Shown: one piece after another, positions 50,601 through 63,500 of the stretch
How positions within the stretch are numbered: the first letter of the stretch is position 1
How the letters are laid out: every line of letters begins with the position of its first letter
Origin: Eledone cirrhosa
Taxonomy: Eukaryota
Reading direction: 5' to 3'
Assembly: GCA_964016885.1 (NCBI GenBank)
Contig: OZ024743.1
Span: 378,448,001-378,512,000 of the forward strand
Length of the DNA stretch: 64,000 nt
The notes under the pieces: generated by a model
The model's input: only the letters and a program-made list of their open reading frames with translations
Databases searched by the model: none
What the model was told of the DNA's origin: nothing
Made by a program: the position numbers and the translations under genes

Positions 50601-53600
50601 GTGGGGTGTAAAACTCTCTCTCTCTAGTGTAAGAGAAACTGGGGTAGTGGTGGGGTGTAAAACTCTCTCTCTCTAGTGTAGGAGAAACTGGGGTAGTGGT
50701 GGGGTGTAAAACTCTCTCTCTCTAGTGTAAGAGAAACTGGGGTAGTGGTGGGGTGTAAAACTCTGTCTCTCTAGTGTAAGAGAAACTGGGGTAGTGGTGG
50801 GGTGTAAAACTCTCTCTCTCTAGTGTAAGAGAAACTGGGGTAGTGGTGGGGTGTAAAACTCTCTCTCTCTAGTGTAGGAGAAACTGGGGTAGTGGTGGGG
50901 TGTAAAACTCTCTCTCTCTAGTGTAAGAGAAACTAGGGTAGTGGTGGGGTGTAAAACTCTCTCTCTCTAGTGTAAGAGAAACTGGGGTAGTGGTGGGGTG
51001 TAAAACTCTCTCTCTCTCTCTAGTGTAACAGAAACTGGGGTAGTGGTGGGGTGTAAAACTCTCTCTCTCTCTCTAGTGTAGGAGAAACTGGGGTAGTGTT
51101 GGGGTGTAAAACTCTCTGTCTCTCTCTAGTGTAGGAGAAACTGGGGTAGTGGTGGGGTGTAAAACTCTCTCTCTCTAGTGTAAGAGAAACTGGGGTAGTG
51201 GTGGGGTGTAAATTTCTCTGTCTCTCTCTAGTGTAGGAGAAACTGGGGTAGTGGTGGGGTGTAAAACTCTCTCTCTCTAGTGTAAGAGAAACTGGGGTAG
51301 TGGTGGGGTGTAAAACTCTCTCTCTCTAGTGTAAGAGAAACTGGGGTAGTGGTGGGGTGTAAAACTCTCTCTCTCTAGTGTAAGAGAAACTGGGGTAGTG
51401 GTGGGGTGTAAAACTCTCTCTCTCTAGTGTAAGAGAAACTGGGGTAGTGGTGGGGTGTAAAACTCTCTCTCTCTAGTGTAAGAGAAACTGGGGTAGTGGT
51501 GGGGTGTAAATCTCTCTCTCTAGTGTAGGAGAAACTGGGGTAGTGGTGGGGTGTAAAACTCTCTCTCTAGTGTAGGAGAAACTGGGGTAGTGGTGGGGTG
51601 TAAAACTCTCTCTCTAGTGTAGGAGAAACTGGGGTAGTGGTGAGGTGTAAAACTCTCTCTCTCTCTCTAGTGTAAGAGAAACTGGGGTAGTGGTGGGGTG
51701 TAAAACTCTCTCTCTCTAGTGTAGGAGAAACTGGGGTAGTGGTGGGGTGTAAATCTCTCTCTCTCTCTAGTGTAGGAGAAACTGGGGTAGTGGTGGGGTG
51801 TAAAACTCTCTCTCTCTCTCTAGTGTAAGAGAAACTGGGGTAGTGGTGGGGTGTAAAACTCTCTCTCTCTAGTGTAAGAGAAACTGGGGTAGTGGTGGGG
51901 TGTAAAACTCTCTCTCTCTCTCTAGTGTAAGAGAAACTGGGGTAGTGGTGGGGTGTAACTCTCTCTCTCTCTAGTGTAGGAGAAACTGGGGTAGTGGTGG
52001 GATGTAAAACTCTTTCTCTCTCTCTAGTGTAAGAGAAACTGGGGTAGTGGTGGGGTGTAAAACTCTCTCTCTCTCTCTAGTGTAAGAGAAACTGGGGTAG
52101 TGGTGGGGTGTAAAACTCTCTCTCTCTAGTGTAAGAGAAACTGGGGTAGTGGTGGGGTGTAAAACTCTCTCTCTCTCTCTAGTGTAAGAGAAACTGGGGT
52201 AGTGGTGGGGTGTAAAACTCTCTCTCTCTCTCTAGTGTAAGAGAAACTTGGGTAGTGGTGGGGTGTAAAACTCTCTCTCTAGTGTATGAGAAACTGGGGT
52301 AGTGGTGGGGTGTAAAACTCTCTCTCTCTAGTGTAAGAGAAACTGGGGTAGTGGTGGGGTGTAAAACTCTCTCTCTCTAGTGTATGAGAAACTGGGGTAG
52401 TGGTGGGGTGTGAAACTCTCTCTCTCTAGTGTATGAGAAACTGGGGTAGTGGTGGGGTGTAAAACTCTCTCTCTAGTGTAAGAGAAACTGGGGTAGTGGT
52501 GGGGTGTAAAACTCTCTCTCTCTAGTGTATGAGAAACTGGGGTAGTGGTGGGGTGTGAAACTCTCTCTCTCTAGTGTATGAGAAACTGGGGTAGTGGTGG
52601 GGTGTAAAACTCTCTCTCTAGTGTAAGAGAAACTGGGGTAGTGGTGGGGTGTAAAACTCTCTCTCTCTAGTGTAAGAGAAACTGGGGTAGTGGTGGGGTG
52701 TAAAACTCTCTCTCTCTCTCTAGTGTAAGAGAAACTGGGGTAGTGGTGGGGTGTAAAACTCTCTCTCTCTAGTGTAGGAGAAACTGGGATAGTGGTGGGG
52801 TGTAAAACTCTCTCTCTCTCTCTAGTGTAAGAGAAACTGGGGTAGTGGTGGGGTGTAAAACTCTCTCTCTCTCTCTAGTGTAGGAGAAACTGGGGTAGTG
52901 GTGGGGTGTAAAACTCTCTCTCTAGTGTATGAGAAACTGGGGTAGTGGTGGGGTGTAAAACTTTCTCTCTCTCTCTAGTGTAGGAGAAACTGGGGTAGTG
53001 GTGGGGTGTAAAACACTCTCTCTAGTGTATGAGAAACTGGGGTAGTGGTGGGGTGTAAAACTCTCTCTCTCTAGTGTAAGAGAAACTGGGGTAGTGGTGG
53101 GGTGTAAAACTCTCTCTCTCTCTCTAGTGTAAGAGAAACTGGGGTAGTGGTGGGGTGTAAAACTCTCTCTCTCTCTCTAGTGTAAGAGAAACTGGGGTAG
53201 TGGTGGGGTGTAAAACACTCTATCTAGTGTATGAGCAACTGGGGTAGTGGTGGGGTGTAAAACTCTCTCTCTCTAGTGTAAGAGAAACTGGGGTAGTGGT
53301 GGGGTGTAAAACTCTCTCTCTCTCTCTAGTGTAAGAGAAACTGGGGTAGTGGTGGGGTGTAAATCTCTCTCTCTCTCTAGTGTAGGAGAAACTGGGGTAG
53401 TGGTGGGGTGTAAAACTCTCTCTCTCTCTCTAGTGTAAGAGAAACTGGGGTAGTGGTGGGGTGTAAAACTCTCTCTCTCTCTCTAGTGTAAGAGAAACTG
53501 GGGTAGTGGTGGGGTGTAAAACTCTCTCTCTAGTGTATGAGAAACTGGGGTAGTGGTGGGGTGTAAAACTCTCTCTCTCTCTCTAGTGTAAGAGAAACTG
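44650..53600 (+). repeat. Tandem duplication of a ~4.43-4.48 kb block (~44650-49130 and ~49130-53600)
   Basis: CTGAGG (44691/49167), CTCGGGTAGTGCTG (~45349/~49778), GTGGCGTG (~45819/50248), CTAGGG (46504/50933), GTGAGG (47211/~51640), CACTCTATCTAG (~48785/~53216). Confidence 0.92.
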
Positions 53601-53869
53601 GGGTAGTGGTGGGGTGTAAAACTCTCTTAAAACTCTCTCTCTCTCTCTAGTGTAAGAGAAACTGGGGTAGTGGTGGGGTGTAAAACTCTCTCTCTCTAGT
53701 GTAGGAGAAACTGGGGTAGTGGTGGGGTGTAAAACTCTCTCTCTCTAGTGTAAGAGAAACTGGGGTAGTGGTGGGGTGTAAAACTCTCTCTCCCTAGTGT
53801 AAAAGAAACTGGGGTAGTGGTGGGGTGTAAAACTCTCTCTCTAGTGTAGGAGAAACTGGGGTAGTGGTG

Positions 53870-56620
53870 GGGTGTAAAACTCTCTCTCTCTAGTGTAAGA
53901 GAAACTGGGGTAGTGGTGGGGTGTAAAACTCTCTCTCTCTAGTGTAAGAGAAACTGGGGTAGTGGTGGGGTGTAAAACTCTCTCTCTCTAGTGTAAGAGA
54001 AACTGGGGTAGTGGTGGGGTGTAAAACTCTCTCTCTCTAGTGTAGGAGAAACTGGGGTAGTGGTGGGGTGTAAAACTCTCTCTCTCTAGTGTAAGAGAAA
54101 TTAGGGTAGTGGTGGGGTGTAAAACTCTCTCTCTCTAGTGTAAGAGAAACTGGGGTAGTGGTGGGGTGTAAAACTCTCTCTCTCTCTCTAGTGTAACAGA
54201 AACTGGGGTAGTGGTGGGGTGTAAAACTCTCTCTCTCTCTCTTGTGTAGGAGAAACTGGGGTAGTGGTGGGGTGTAAAACTCTCTCTCTCTAGTGTAAGA
54301 GAAACTGGGGTAGTGGTGGGGTGTAAATCTCTCTGTCTCTCTCTAGTGTAGGAGAAACTGGGGTAGTGGTGGGGTGTAAAACTCTCTCTCTCTAGTGTAA
54401 GAGAAACTGGGGTAGTGGTGGGGTCTAAAACTCTCTCTCTCTAGTGTAAGAGAAACTGGGGTAGTGGTGGGGTGTAAAACTCTCTCTCTCTAGTGTAAGA
54501 GAAACTGGGGTAGTGGTGGGGTGTAAAACTCTCTCTCTCTAGTGTAAGAGAAACTGGGGTAGTGGTGGGGTGTAAAACTCTCTCTCTCTAGTGCAAGAGA
54601 AACTGGGGTAGTGGTGGGGTGTAAATCTCTCTCTCTAGTGTAGGAGAAACTGGGGTAGTGGTAGGGTGTAAAACTCTCTCTCTAGTGTAGGAGAAACTGG
54701 GGTAGTGGTGGGGTGTAAAACTCTCTCTCTAGTGTAGGAGAAACTGGGGTAGTGGTGGGGTGTAAAACTCTCTCTCTAGTGTAGGAGAAACTGGGGTAGT
54801 GGTGGGGTGTAAAACTCTCTCTCTAGTGTAGAAGAAACTGGGGTAGTGGTGGGGTGTAAAACTCTCTCTCTAGTGTAGGAGAAACTGGGGGTAGTGGTGG
54901 GGTGTAAAACTCTCTCTCTAGTGTAGGAGAAACTGGGGTAGTGGTGGGGTGTAAAACTCTCTCTCTAGTGTAGGAGAAACTGGGGTAGTGGTGGGGTGTA
55001 AAACTCTCTCTCTAGTGTAGGAGAAACTGGGGTAGTGGTGGGGTGTAAAACTCTCTCTCTCTCTCTAGTGTAGGAGAAACTGGGGTAGTGGTGGGGTGTA
55101 AAACTCTCTCTCTCTCTCTAGTGTAGGAGAAACTGGGGTAGTGGTGGGGTGTAAAACTCTCTCTCTCTCTCTAGTGTATGAGAAACTGGGGTAGTGGTGG
55201 GGTGTAAAACTCTCTCTGTCTCTAGTGTAGTAGAAACTGGGGTAGTGGTCGGGTGTAAAACTGTCTCTCTAGTGTAAGAGAAACTGGGGTAGTGGTGGGG
55301 TGTAAAACTCTCTCTCTCTAGTGTAAGAGAAACTGGGGTAGTGGTGGGGTGTAAAACTCTCTCTCTCTAGTGTAAGAGAAACTGGGGTAGTGGTGGGGTG
55401 TAAAACTCTCTCTCTCTAGTGTAGGAGAAACTGGGGTAGTGGTGGGGTGTAAAACTCTCTCTCTCTAGTGTAAGAGAAATTAGGGTAGTGGTGGGGTGTA
55501 AAACTCTCTCTCTCTAGTGTAAGAGAAACTGGGGTAGTGGTGGGGTGTAAAACTCTCTCTCTCTCTCTAGTGTAACAGAAACTGGGGTAGTGGTGGGGTG
55601 TAAAACTCTCTCTCTCTCTCTTGTGTAGGAGAAACTGGGGTAGTGGTGGGGTGTAAAACTCTCTCTCTCTAGTGTAAGAGAAACTGGGGTAGTGGTGGGG
55701 TGTAAATCTCTCTGTCTCTCTCTAGTGTAGGAGAAACTGGGGTAGTGGTGGGGTGTAAAACTCTCTCTCTCTAGTGTAAGAGAAACTGGGGTAGTGGTGG
55801 GGTCTAAAACTCTCTCTCTCTAGTGTAAGAGAAACTGGGGTAGTGGTGGGGTGTAAAACTCTCTCTCTCTAGTGTAAGAGAAACTGGGGTAGTGGTGGGG
55901 TGTAAAACTCTCTCTCTCTAGTGTAAGAGAAACTGGGGTAGTGGTGGGGTGTAAAACTCTCTCTCTCTAGTGCAAGAGAAACTGGGGTAGTGGTGGGGTG
56001 TAAATCTCTCTCTCTAGTGTAGGAGAAACTGGGGTAGTGGTAGGGTGTAAAACTCTCTCTCTAGTGTAGGAGAAACTGGGGTAGTGGTGGGGTGTAAAAC
56101 TCTCTCTCTAGTGTAGGAGAAACTGGGGTAGTGGTGGGGTGTAAAACTCTCTCTCTAGTGTAGGAGAAACTGGGGTAGTGGTGGGGTGTAAAACTCTCTC
56201 TCTAGTGTAGAAGAAACTGGGGTAGTGGTGGGGTGTAAAACTCTCTCTCTAGTGTAGGAGAAACTGGGGGTAGTGGTGGGGTGTAAAACTCTCTCTCTAG
56301 TGTAGGAGAAACTGGGGTAGTGGTGGGGTGTAAAACTCTCTCTCTAGTGTAGGAGAAACTGGGGTAGTGGTGGGGTGTAAAACTCTCTCTCTAGTGTAGG
56401 AGAAACTGGGGTAGTGGTGGGGTGTAAAACTCTCTCTCTCTCTCTAGTGTAGGAGAAACTGGGGTAGTGGTGGGGTGTAAAACTCTCTCTCTCTCTCTAG
56501 TGTATGAGAAACTGGGGTAGTGGTGGGGTGTAAAACTCTCTCTGTCTCTAGTGTAGTAGAAACTGGGGTAGTGGTCGGGTGTAAAACTGTCTCTCTAGTG
56601 TAAGAGAAACTGGGGTAGTG
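53870..56620 (+). repeat. Tandem duplication of a ~1.38-kb block, itself re-duplicated at ~61640-64000
   Basis: ATTAGGG (~54100, ~55479, ~61868, ~63246), GTCTAAAAC (54423, 55802, 62192, 63569), GTGCAAGAG (54591, 55970, 62361, 63737), GTAGAAG (~54828, ~56207, ~62598, ~63974). Confidence 0.92.
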
Positions 56621-57549
56621 GTGGGGTGTAAAACTCTCTGTCTCACTCTAGTGTAGGAGAAACTGGGGTAGTGGTGGGGTGTAAAACTCTCTCTCTCTCT
56701 CTAGTGTAGGAGAAACTGGGGTAGTGGTGGGGTGTAAAACTCTCTCTCTCTCTCTAGTGTAGGAGAAACTGGGGTAGTGGTGGGGTGTAAAACTCTCTGT
56801 CTCTCTCTAGTGTAGGAGAAACTGGGGTAGTGGTGGCGTGTAAAACTCTCTCTCTCTCTCTAGTGTAGGAGAAACTGGGGTAGTGGTGGGGGTGTAAAAC
56901 TCTCTGTCTCTCTCTAGTGTAGGAGAAACTGGGGTAGTGGTGGGGTGTAAAACTCTCTCTCTCTCTCTAGTGTAGGAGAAACTGGGGTAGTGGTGGGGTG
57001 TAATACTCTCTCTCTAGTGTAAGAGAAACTGGGTAGTGGTGGGGTGTAAAAGTCTCTGTCTCTCTCTAGTGTAGGAGAAACTGGGGTAGTGGTGGGGTGT
57101 AAAACTCTCTCTCTCTAGTGTAAGAGAAACTGGGGTAGTGGTGGGGTGTAAAACTCTCTGTCTCTCTCTAGTGTAGGAGAAACTGGGGTAGTGGTGGGGT
57201 GTAAAACTCTCTCTCTCTAGTGTATGAGAAACTGGGGTAGTGGTGGGGTGTAAAAGTCTCTGTCTCTCTCTAGTGTAGGAGAAACTGGGGTAGGGGTGGG
57301 GTGTAAAACTCTCTCTCTCTCTCTCTCTAGTGTAGGAGAAACTGGGGTAGTGGTGGGGTGTAAAACTCTCTGTCTCTCTCTAGTGTAGGAGAAACTGGGG
57401 TAGTGGTGGGGTGTAAAACTCTCTCTCTCTCTCTAGTGTAGGAGAAACTGGGGTAGTGTTGGGGTGTAAAACTCTCTCTCTCTCTAGTGTAAGAGAAACT
57501 GGGGTAGTGGTGGGGTGTAAAACTCTCTCTCTCTCTCTAGTGTAAGAGA

Positions 57550-60500
57550 AACTGGGGTAGTGGTGGGGTGTAAAACTCTCTCTCTCTAGTGTAAGAGAAA
57601 CTGGGGTAGTGGTGGGGTGTAAAACTCTCTCTCTCTCTCTAGTGTAAGAGAAACTGGGGTAGTGGTGGCGTGTAAAACTCTCTCTCTCTCTCTAGTGTAG
57701 GAGAAACTGGGGTAGTGGTGGGGTGTAAAACTCTCTCTCTCTAGTGTAGGAGAAACTGGGGTAGTGGTGGGGTGTAAAACTCTCTCTCTCTCTAGTGTAA
57801 GAGAAACTGGGGTAGTGGTGGGGTGTAAAACTCTCTCTCTCTAGTGTAAGAGAAACTGGGGTAGTGCTGGGGTGTAAAACTCTCTCTCTCTCTCTAGTGT
57901 AAGAGAAACTGGGGTAGTGGTGGGGTGTAAAACTCTCTCTCTCTAGTGTAGGAGAAACTGGGGTAGTGGTGGGGTGTAAAACTCTCTCTCTCTAGTGTAA
58001 GAGAAACTGGGGTAGTGGTGGGGTGTAAAACTCTCTCTCTCTAGTGTAAGAGAAACTGGGGTAGTGGTGGGGTGTAAAACTCTCTCTCTCTAGTGTAGGA
58101 GAAACTGGGGTAGTGGTGGGGTGTAAAACTCTCTCTCTCTAGTGTAAGAGAAACTGGGGTAGTGGTGGGGTGTAAAACTCTGTCTCTCTAGTGTAAGAGA
58201 AACTGGGGTAGTGGTGGGGTGTAAAACTCTCTCTCTCTAGTGTAAGAGAAACTGGGGTAGTGGTGGGGTGTAAAACTCTCTCTCTCTAGTGTAGGAGAAA
58301 CTGGGGTAAACTCTCTCTCTCTAGTGTAAGAGAAACTAGGGTAGTGGTGGGGTGTAAAACTCTCTCTCTCTAGTGTAAGAGAAACTGGGGTAGTGGTGGG
58401 GTGTAAAACTCTCTCTCTCTCTCTAGTGTAACAGAAACTGGGGTAGTGGTGGGGTGTAAAACTCTCTCTCTCTCTCTAGTGTAGGAGAAACTGGGGTAGT
58501 GTTGGGGTGTAAAACTCTCTGTCTCTCTCTAGTGTAGGAGAAACTGGGGTAGTGGTGGGGTGTAAAACTCTCTCTCTCTAGTGTAAGAGAAACTGGGGTA
58601 GTGGTGGGGTGTAAATTTCTCTGTCTCTCTCTAGTGTAGGAGAAACTGGGGTAGTGGTGGGGTGTAAAACTCTCTCTCTCTAGTGTAAGAGAAACTGGGG
58701 TAGTGGTGGGGTGTAAAACTCTCTCTCTCTAGTGTAAGAGAAACTGGGGTAGTGGTGGGGTGTAAAACTCTCTCTCTCTAGTGTAAGAGAAACTGGGGTA
58801 GTGGTGGGGTGTAAAACTCTCTCTCTCTAGTGTAAGAGAAACTGGGGTAGTGGTGGGGTGTAAAACTCTCTCTCTCTAGTGTAAGAGAAACTGGGGTAGT
58901 GGTGGGGTGTAAATCTCTCTCTCTAGTGTAGGAGAAACTGGGGTAGTGGTGGGGTGTAAAACTCTCTCTCTAGTGTAGGAGAAACTGGGGTAGTGGTGGG
59001 GTGTAGAAACTCTCTCTCTAGTGTAGGAGAAACTGGGGTAGTGGTGAGGTGTAAAACTCTCTCTCTCTCTAGTGTAAGGAGAAACTGGGGTAGTGGTGGG
59101 GTGTAAAACTCTCTCTCTCTCTCTAGTGTAGGAGAAACTGGGGTAGTGGTGGGGTGTAAATCTCTCTCTCTCTCTAGTGTAGGAGAAACTGGGGTAGTGG
59201 TGGGGGTGTAAAACTCTCTCTCTCTCTAGTGTAAGAGAAACTGGGGTAGTGGTGGGGTGTAAAACTCTCTCTCTCTAGTGTAAGAGAAACTGGGGTAGTG
59301 GTGGGGTGTAAAACTCTCTCTCTCTCTCTAGTGTAAGAGAAACTGGGGTAGTGGTGGGGTGTAACTCTCTCTCTCTCTAGTGTAGGAGAAACTGGGGTAG
59401 TGGTGGGATGTAAAACTCTCTCTCTCTCTCTAGTGTAAGAGAAACTGGGGTAGTGGTGGGGTGTAAAACTCTCTCTCTCTCTCTAGTGTAAGAGAAACTG
59501 GGGTAGTGGTGGGGTGTAAAACTCTCTCTCTCTAGTGTAAGAGAAACTGGGGTAGTGGTGGGGTGTAAAACTCTCTCTCTCTCTCTAGTGTAAGAGAAAC
59601 TGGGGTAGTTGGTGGGGTGTAAAACTCTCTCTCTCTCTCTAGTGTAAGAGAAACTTGGGTAGTGGTGGGGTGTAAAACTCTCTCTCTAGTGTATGAGAAA
59701 CTGGGGTAGTGGTGGGTGTAAAACTCTCTCTCTCTAGTGTAAGAGAAACTGGGGTAGTGGTGGGGTGTAAAACTCTCTCTCTCTAGTGTATGAGAAACTG
59801 GGGTAGTGGTGGGGTGTGAAACCTCTCTCTCTCTAGTGTATGAGAAACTGGGGTAGTGGTGGGGTGTAAAACTCTCTCTCTAGTGTAAGAGAAACTGGGG
59901 TAGTGGTGGTGGGGTGTAAACTCTCTCTCTCTAGTGTATGAGAAACTGGGGTAGTGGTGGGGTGTGAAACTCTCTCTCTCTAGTGTATGAGAAACTGGGG
60001 TAGTGGTGGGGTGTAAAACTCTCTCTCTAGTGTAAGAGAAACTGGGGTAGTGGTGGGGTGTAAAACTCTCTCTCTCTAGTGTAAGAGAAACTGGGGTAGT
60101 GGTGGGGTGTAAAACTCTCTCTCTCTCTCTAGTGTAAGAGAAACTGGGGTAGTGGTGGGGTGTAAAACTCTCTCTCTCTAGTGTAGGAGAAACTGGGATA
60201 GTGGTGGGGTGTAAAACTCTCTCTCTCTCTCTAGTGTAAGAGAAACTGGGGTAGTGGTGGGGTTGTAAAACTCTCTCTCTCTCTCTAGTGTAGGAGAAAC
60301 TGGGGGTAGTGGTGGGGTGTAAAACTCTCTCTCTAGTGTATGAGAAACTGGGGTAGTGGTGGGGTGTAAAACTCTCTCTCTCTCTCTAGTGTAGGAGAAA
60401 CTGGGGTAGTGGTGGGTGTAAAACTCTCTCTCTAGTGTATGAGAAACTGGGGTAGTGGTGGGGTGTAAAACTCTCTCTCTCTAGTGTAAGAGAAACTGGG

Positions 60501-63500
60501 GTAGTGGTGGGGTGTAAAACTCTCTCTCTCTCTCTAGTGTAAGAGAAACTGGGGTAGTGGTGGGGTGTAAAACTCTCTCTCTCTCTCTAGTGTAAGAGAA
60601 ACTGGCGGTAGTGGTGGGGTGTAAAACACTCTATCTAGTGTATGAGCAACTGGGGTAGTGGTGGGGTGTAAAACTCTCTCTCTCTAGTGTAAGAGAAACT
60701 GGGGTAGTGGTGGGGTGTAAAACTCTCTCTCTCTCTCTAGTGTAAGAGAAACTGGGGTAGTGGTGGGGTGTAAATCTCTCTCTCTCTCTAGTGTAGGAGA
60801 AACTGGGGCAGTGGTGGGGTGTAAAACTCTCTCTCTCTCTCTAGTGTAAGAGAAACTGGGGTAGTGGTGGGGTGTAAAACTCTCTCTCTCTCTCTAGTGT
60901 AAGAGAAACTGGGGTAGTGGTGGGGTGTGTAAAACTCTCTCTCTAGTGTATGAGAAACTGGGGTAGTGGTGGGGTGTAAAACTCTCTCTCTCTCTCTAGT
61001 GTAAGAGAAACTGGGGTAGTGGTGGGGTGTAAAACTCTCTCTCTCTCTCTAGTGTAAGAGAAACTGGGGTAGTGGTGGGGTGTAAAACTCTCTCTCTCTA
61101 GTGTAGAGAAACTGGGGTAGTGGTGGGGTGTAAAACTCTCTCTCTCTCTCTAGTGTAAGAGAAACTGGGGTAGTGGTGGGGTGTAAAACTCTCTCTCTCT
61201 CTCTAGTGTAGGAGAAACTGGGGTAGTGGTGGGGTGTAAAACTCTCTCTCTAGTGTAGGAGAAACTGGGGTAGTGGTGGGGTGTAAAATTCTCTCTCTCT
61301 CTAGTGTAAGAGAAACTGGGGTAGTGGTGGGGTGTAAAACTCTCTCTCTCTAGTGTAAGAGAAACTGGGGGTAGTGGTGGGGTGTAAAACTCTCTTAAAA
61401 CTCTCTCTCTCTCTAGTGTAAGAGAAACTGGGGTAGTGGTGGGGTGTAAAACTCTCTCTCTCTAGTGTAGGAGAAACTGGGGTAGTGGTGGGGTGTAAAA
61501 CTCTCTCTCTCTAGTGTAAGAGAAACTGGGGTAGTGGTGGGGTGTAAAACTCTCTCTCTCCTAGTGTAAGAAGAAACTGGGGTAGTGGTGGGGTGTAAAA
61601 CTCTCTCTCTAGTGTAGGAGAAACTGGGGTAGTGGTGGGGTGTAAAACTCTCTCTCTATAGTGTAAGAGAAACTGGGGTAGTGGTGGGGTGTAAAACTCT
61701 CTCTCTCTAGTGTAAGAGAAACTGGGGTAGTGGTGGGGGTGTAAAACTCTCTCTCTCTAGTGTAAGAGAAACTGGGGTAGTGGTGGGGTGTAAAACTCTC
61801 TCTCTCTAGAGTAGAGAAACTGGGGTAGTGGTGGGGTGTAAAACTCTCTCTCTCTAGTGTAAGAGAAATTAGGGTAGTGGTGGGGTGTAAAACTCTCTCT
61901 CTCTAGTGTAAGAGAAACTGGGGTAGTGGTGGGGGTGTAAAACTCTCTCTCTCTCTCTAGTGTAACAGAAACTGGGGTAGTGGTGGGGTGTAAAACTCTC
62001 TCTCTCTCTCTTGTGTAGGAGAAACTGGGGTAGTGGTGGGGGTGTAAACTCTCTCTCTCTAGTGTAAGAGAAACTGGGGTAGTGGTGGGGTGTAAATCTC
62101 TCTGTCTCTCTCTAGTGTAGGAGAAACTGGGGTAGTGGTGGGGTGTAAAACTCTCTCTCTCTAGTGTAAGAGAAACTGGGGTAGTGGTGGGGTCTAAAAC
62201 TCTCTCTCTCTAGTGTAAGAGAAACTGGGGTAGTGGTGGGGTGTAAAACTCTCTCTCTCTAGTGTAAGAGAAACTGGGGGTAGTGGTGGGGTGTAAAACT
62301 CTCTCTCTCTAGTGTAAGAGAAACTGGGGTAGTGGTGGGGTGTAAAACTCTCTCTCTCTAGTGCAAGAGAAACTGGGGTAGTGGTGGGGTGTAAATCTCT
62401 CTCTCTAGTGTAGGAGAAACTGGGGTAGTGGTAGGGTGTAAACTCTCTCTCTAGTGTAGGAGAAACTGGGGTAGTGGTGGGGTGTAAAACTCTCTCTCTA
62501 GTGTAGGAGAAACTGGGGTAGTGGTGGGGGTGTAAAACTCTCTCTCTAGTGTAGGAGAAACTGGGGTAGTGGTGGGGTGTAAAACTCTCTCTCTAGTGTA
62601 GAAGAAACTGGGGTAGTGGTGGGGTGTAAAACTCTCTCTCTAGTGTAGGAGAAACTGGGGGTAGTGGTGGGGTGTAAAACTCTCTCTCTAGTGTAGGAGA
62701 AACTGGGGTAGTGGTGGGTTGTAAAACTCTCTCTCTAGTGTAGGAGAAACTGGGGTAGTGGTGGGGTGTAAAACTCTCTCTCTAGTGTAGGAGAAACTGG
62801 GGTAGTGGTGGGGTGTAAAACTCTCTCTCTCTCTAGTGTAGGAGAAACTGGGGTAGTGGTGGGGTGTAAAACTCTCTCTCTCTCTCTAGTGTAGGAGAAA
62901 CTGGGGTAGTGGTGGGGTGTAAAACTCTCTCTCTCTCTAGTGTATGAGAAACTGGGGTAGTGGTAGGGTGTAAAACTCTCTCTGTCTCTAGTGTAGTAGA
63001 AACTGGGGTAGTGGTCGGGGTGTAAAACTGTCTCTCTAGTGTAAGAGAAACTGGGGTAGTGGTGGGGTGTAAAACTCTCTCTCTCTAGTGTAAGAGAAAC
63101 TGGGGTAGTGGTGGGGTGTAAAACTCTCTCTCTCTAGTGTAAGAGAAACTGGGGTAGTGGTGGGGTGTAAAACTCTCTCTCTCTAGTGTAGGAGAAACTG
63201 GGGTAGTGGTGGGGTGTAAAACTCTCTCTCTCTAGTGTAAGAGAAATTAGGGTAGTGGTGGGGTGTAAAACTCTCTCTCTCTAGTGTAGAGAAACTGGGG
63301 TAGTGGTGGGGTGTAAAACTCTCTCTCTCTCTCTAGTGTAACAGAAACTGGGGTAGGTGGTGGGGTGTAAAACTCTCTCTCTCTCTCTTGTGTAGGAGAA
63401 ACTGGGGTAGTGGTGGGGTGTAAAACTCTCTCTCTCTAGTGTAAGAGAAACTGGGGTAGTGGTGGGGTGTAAATCTCTCTGTCTCTCTCTAGTGTAGGAG

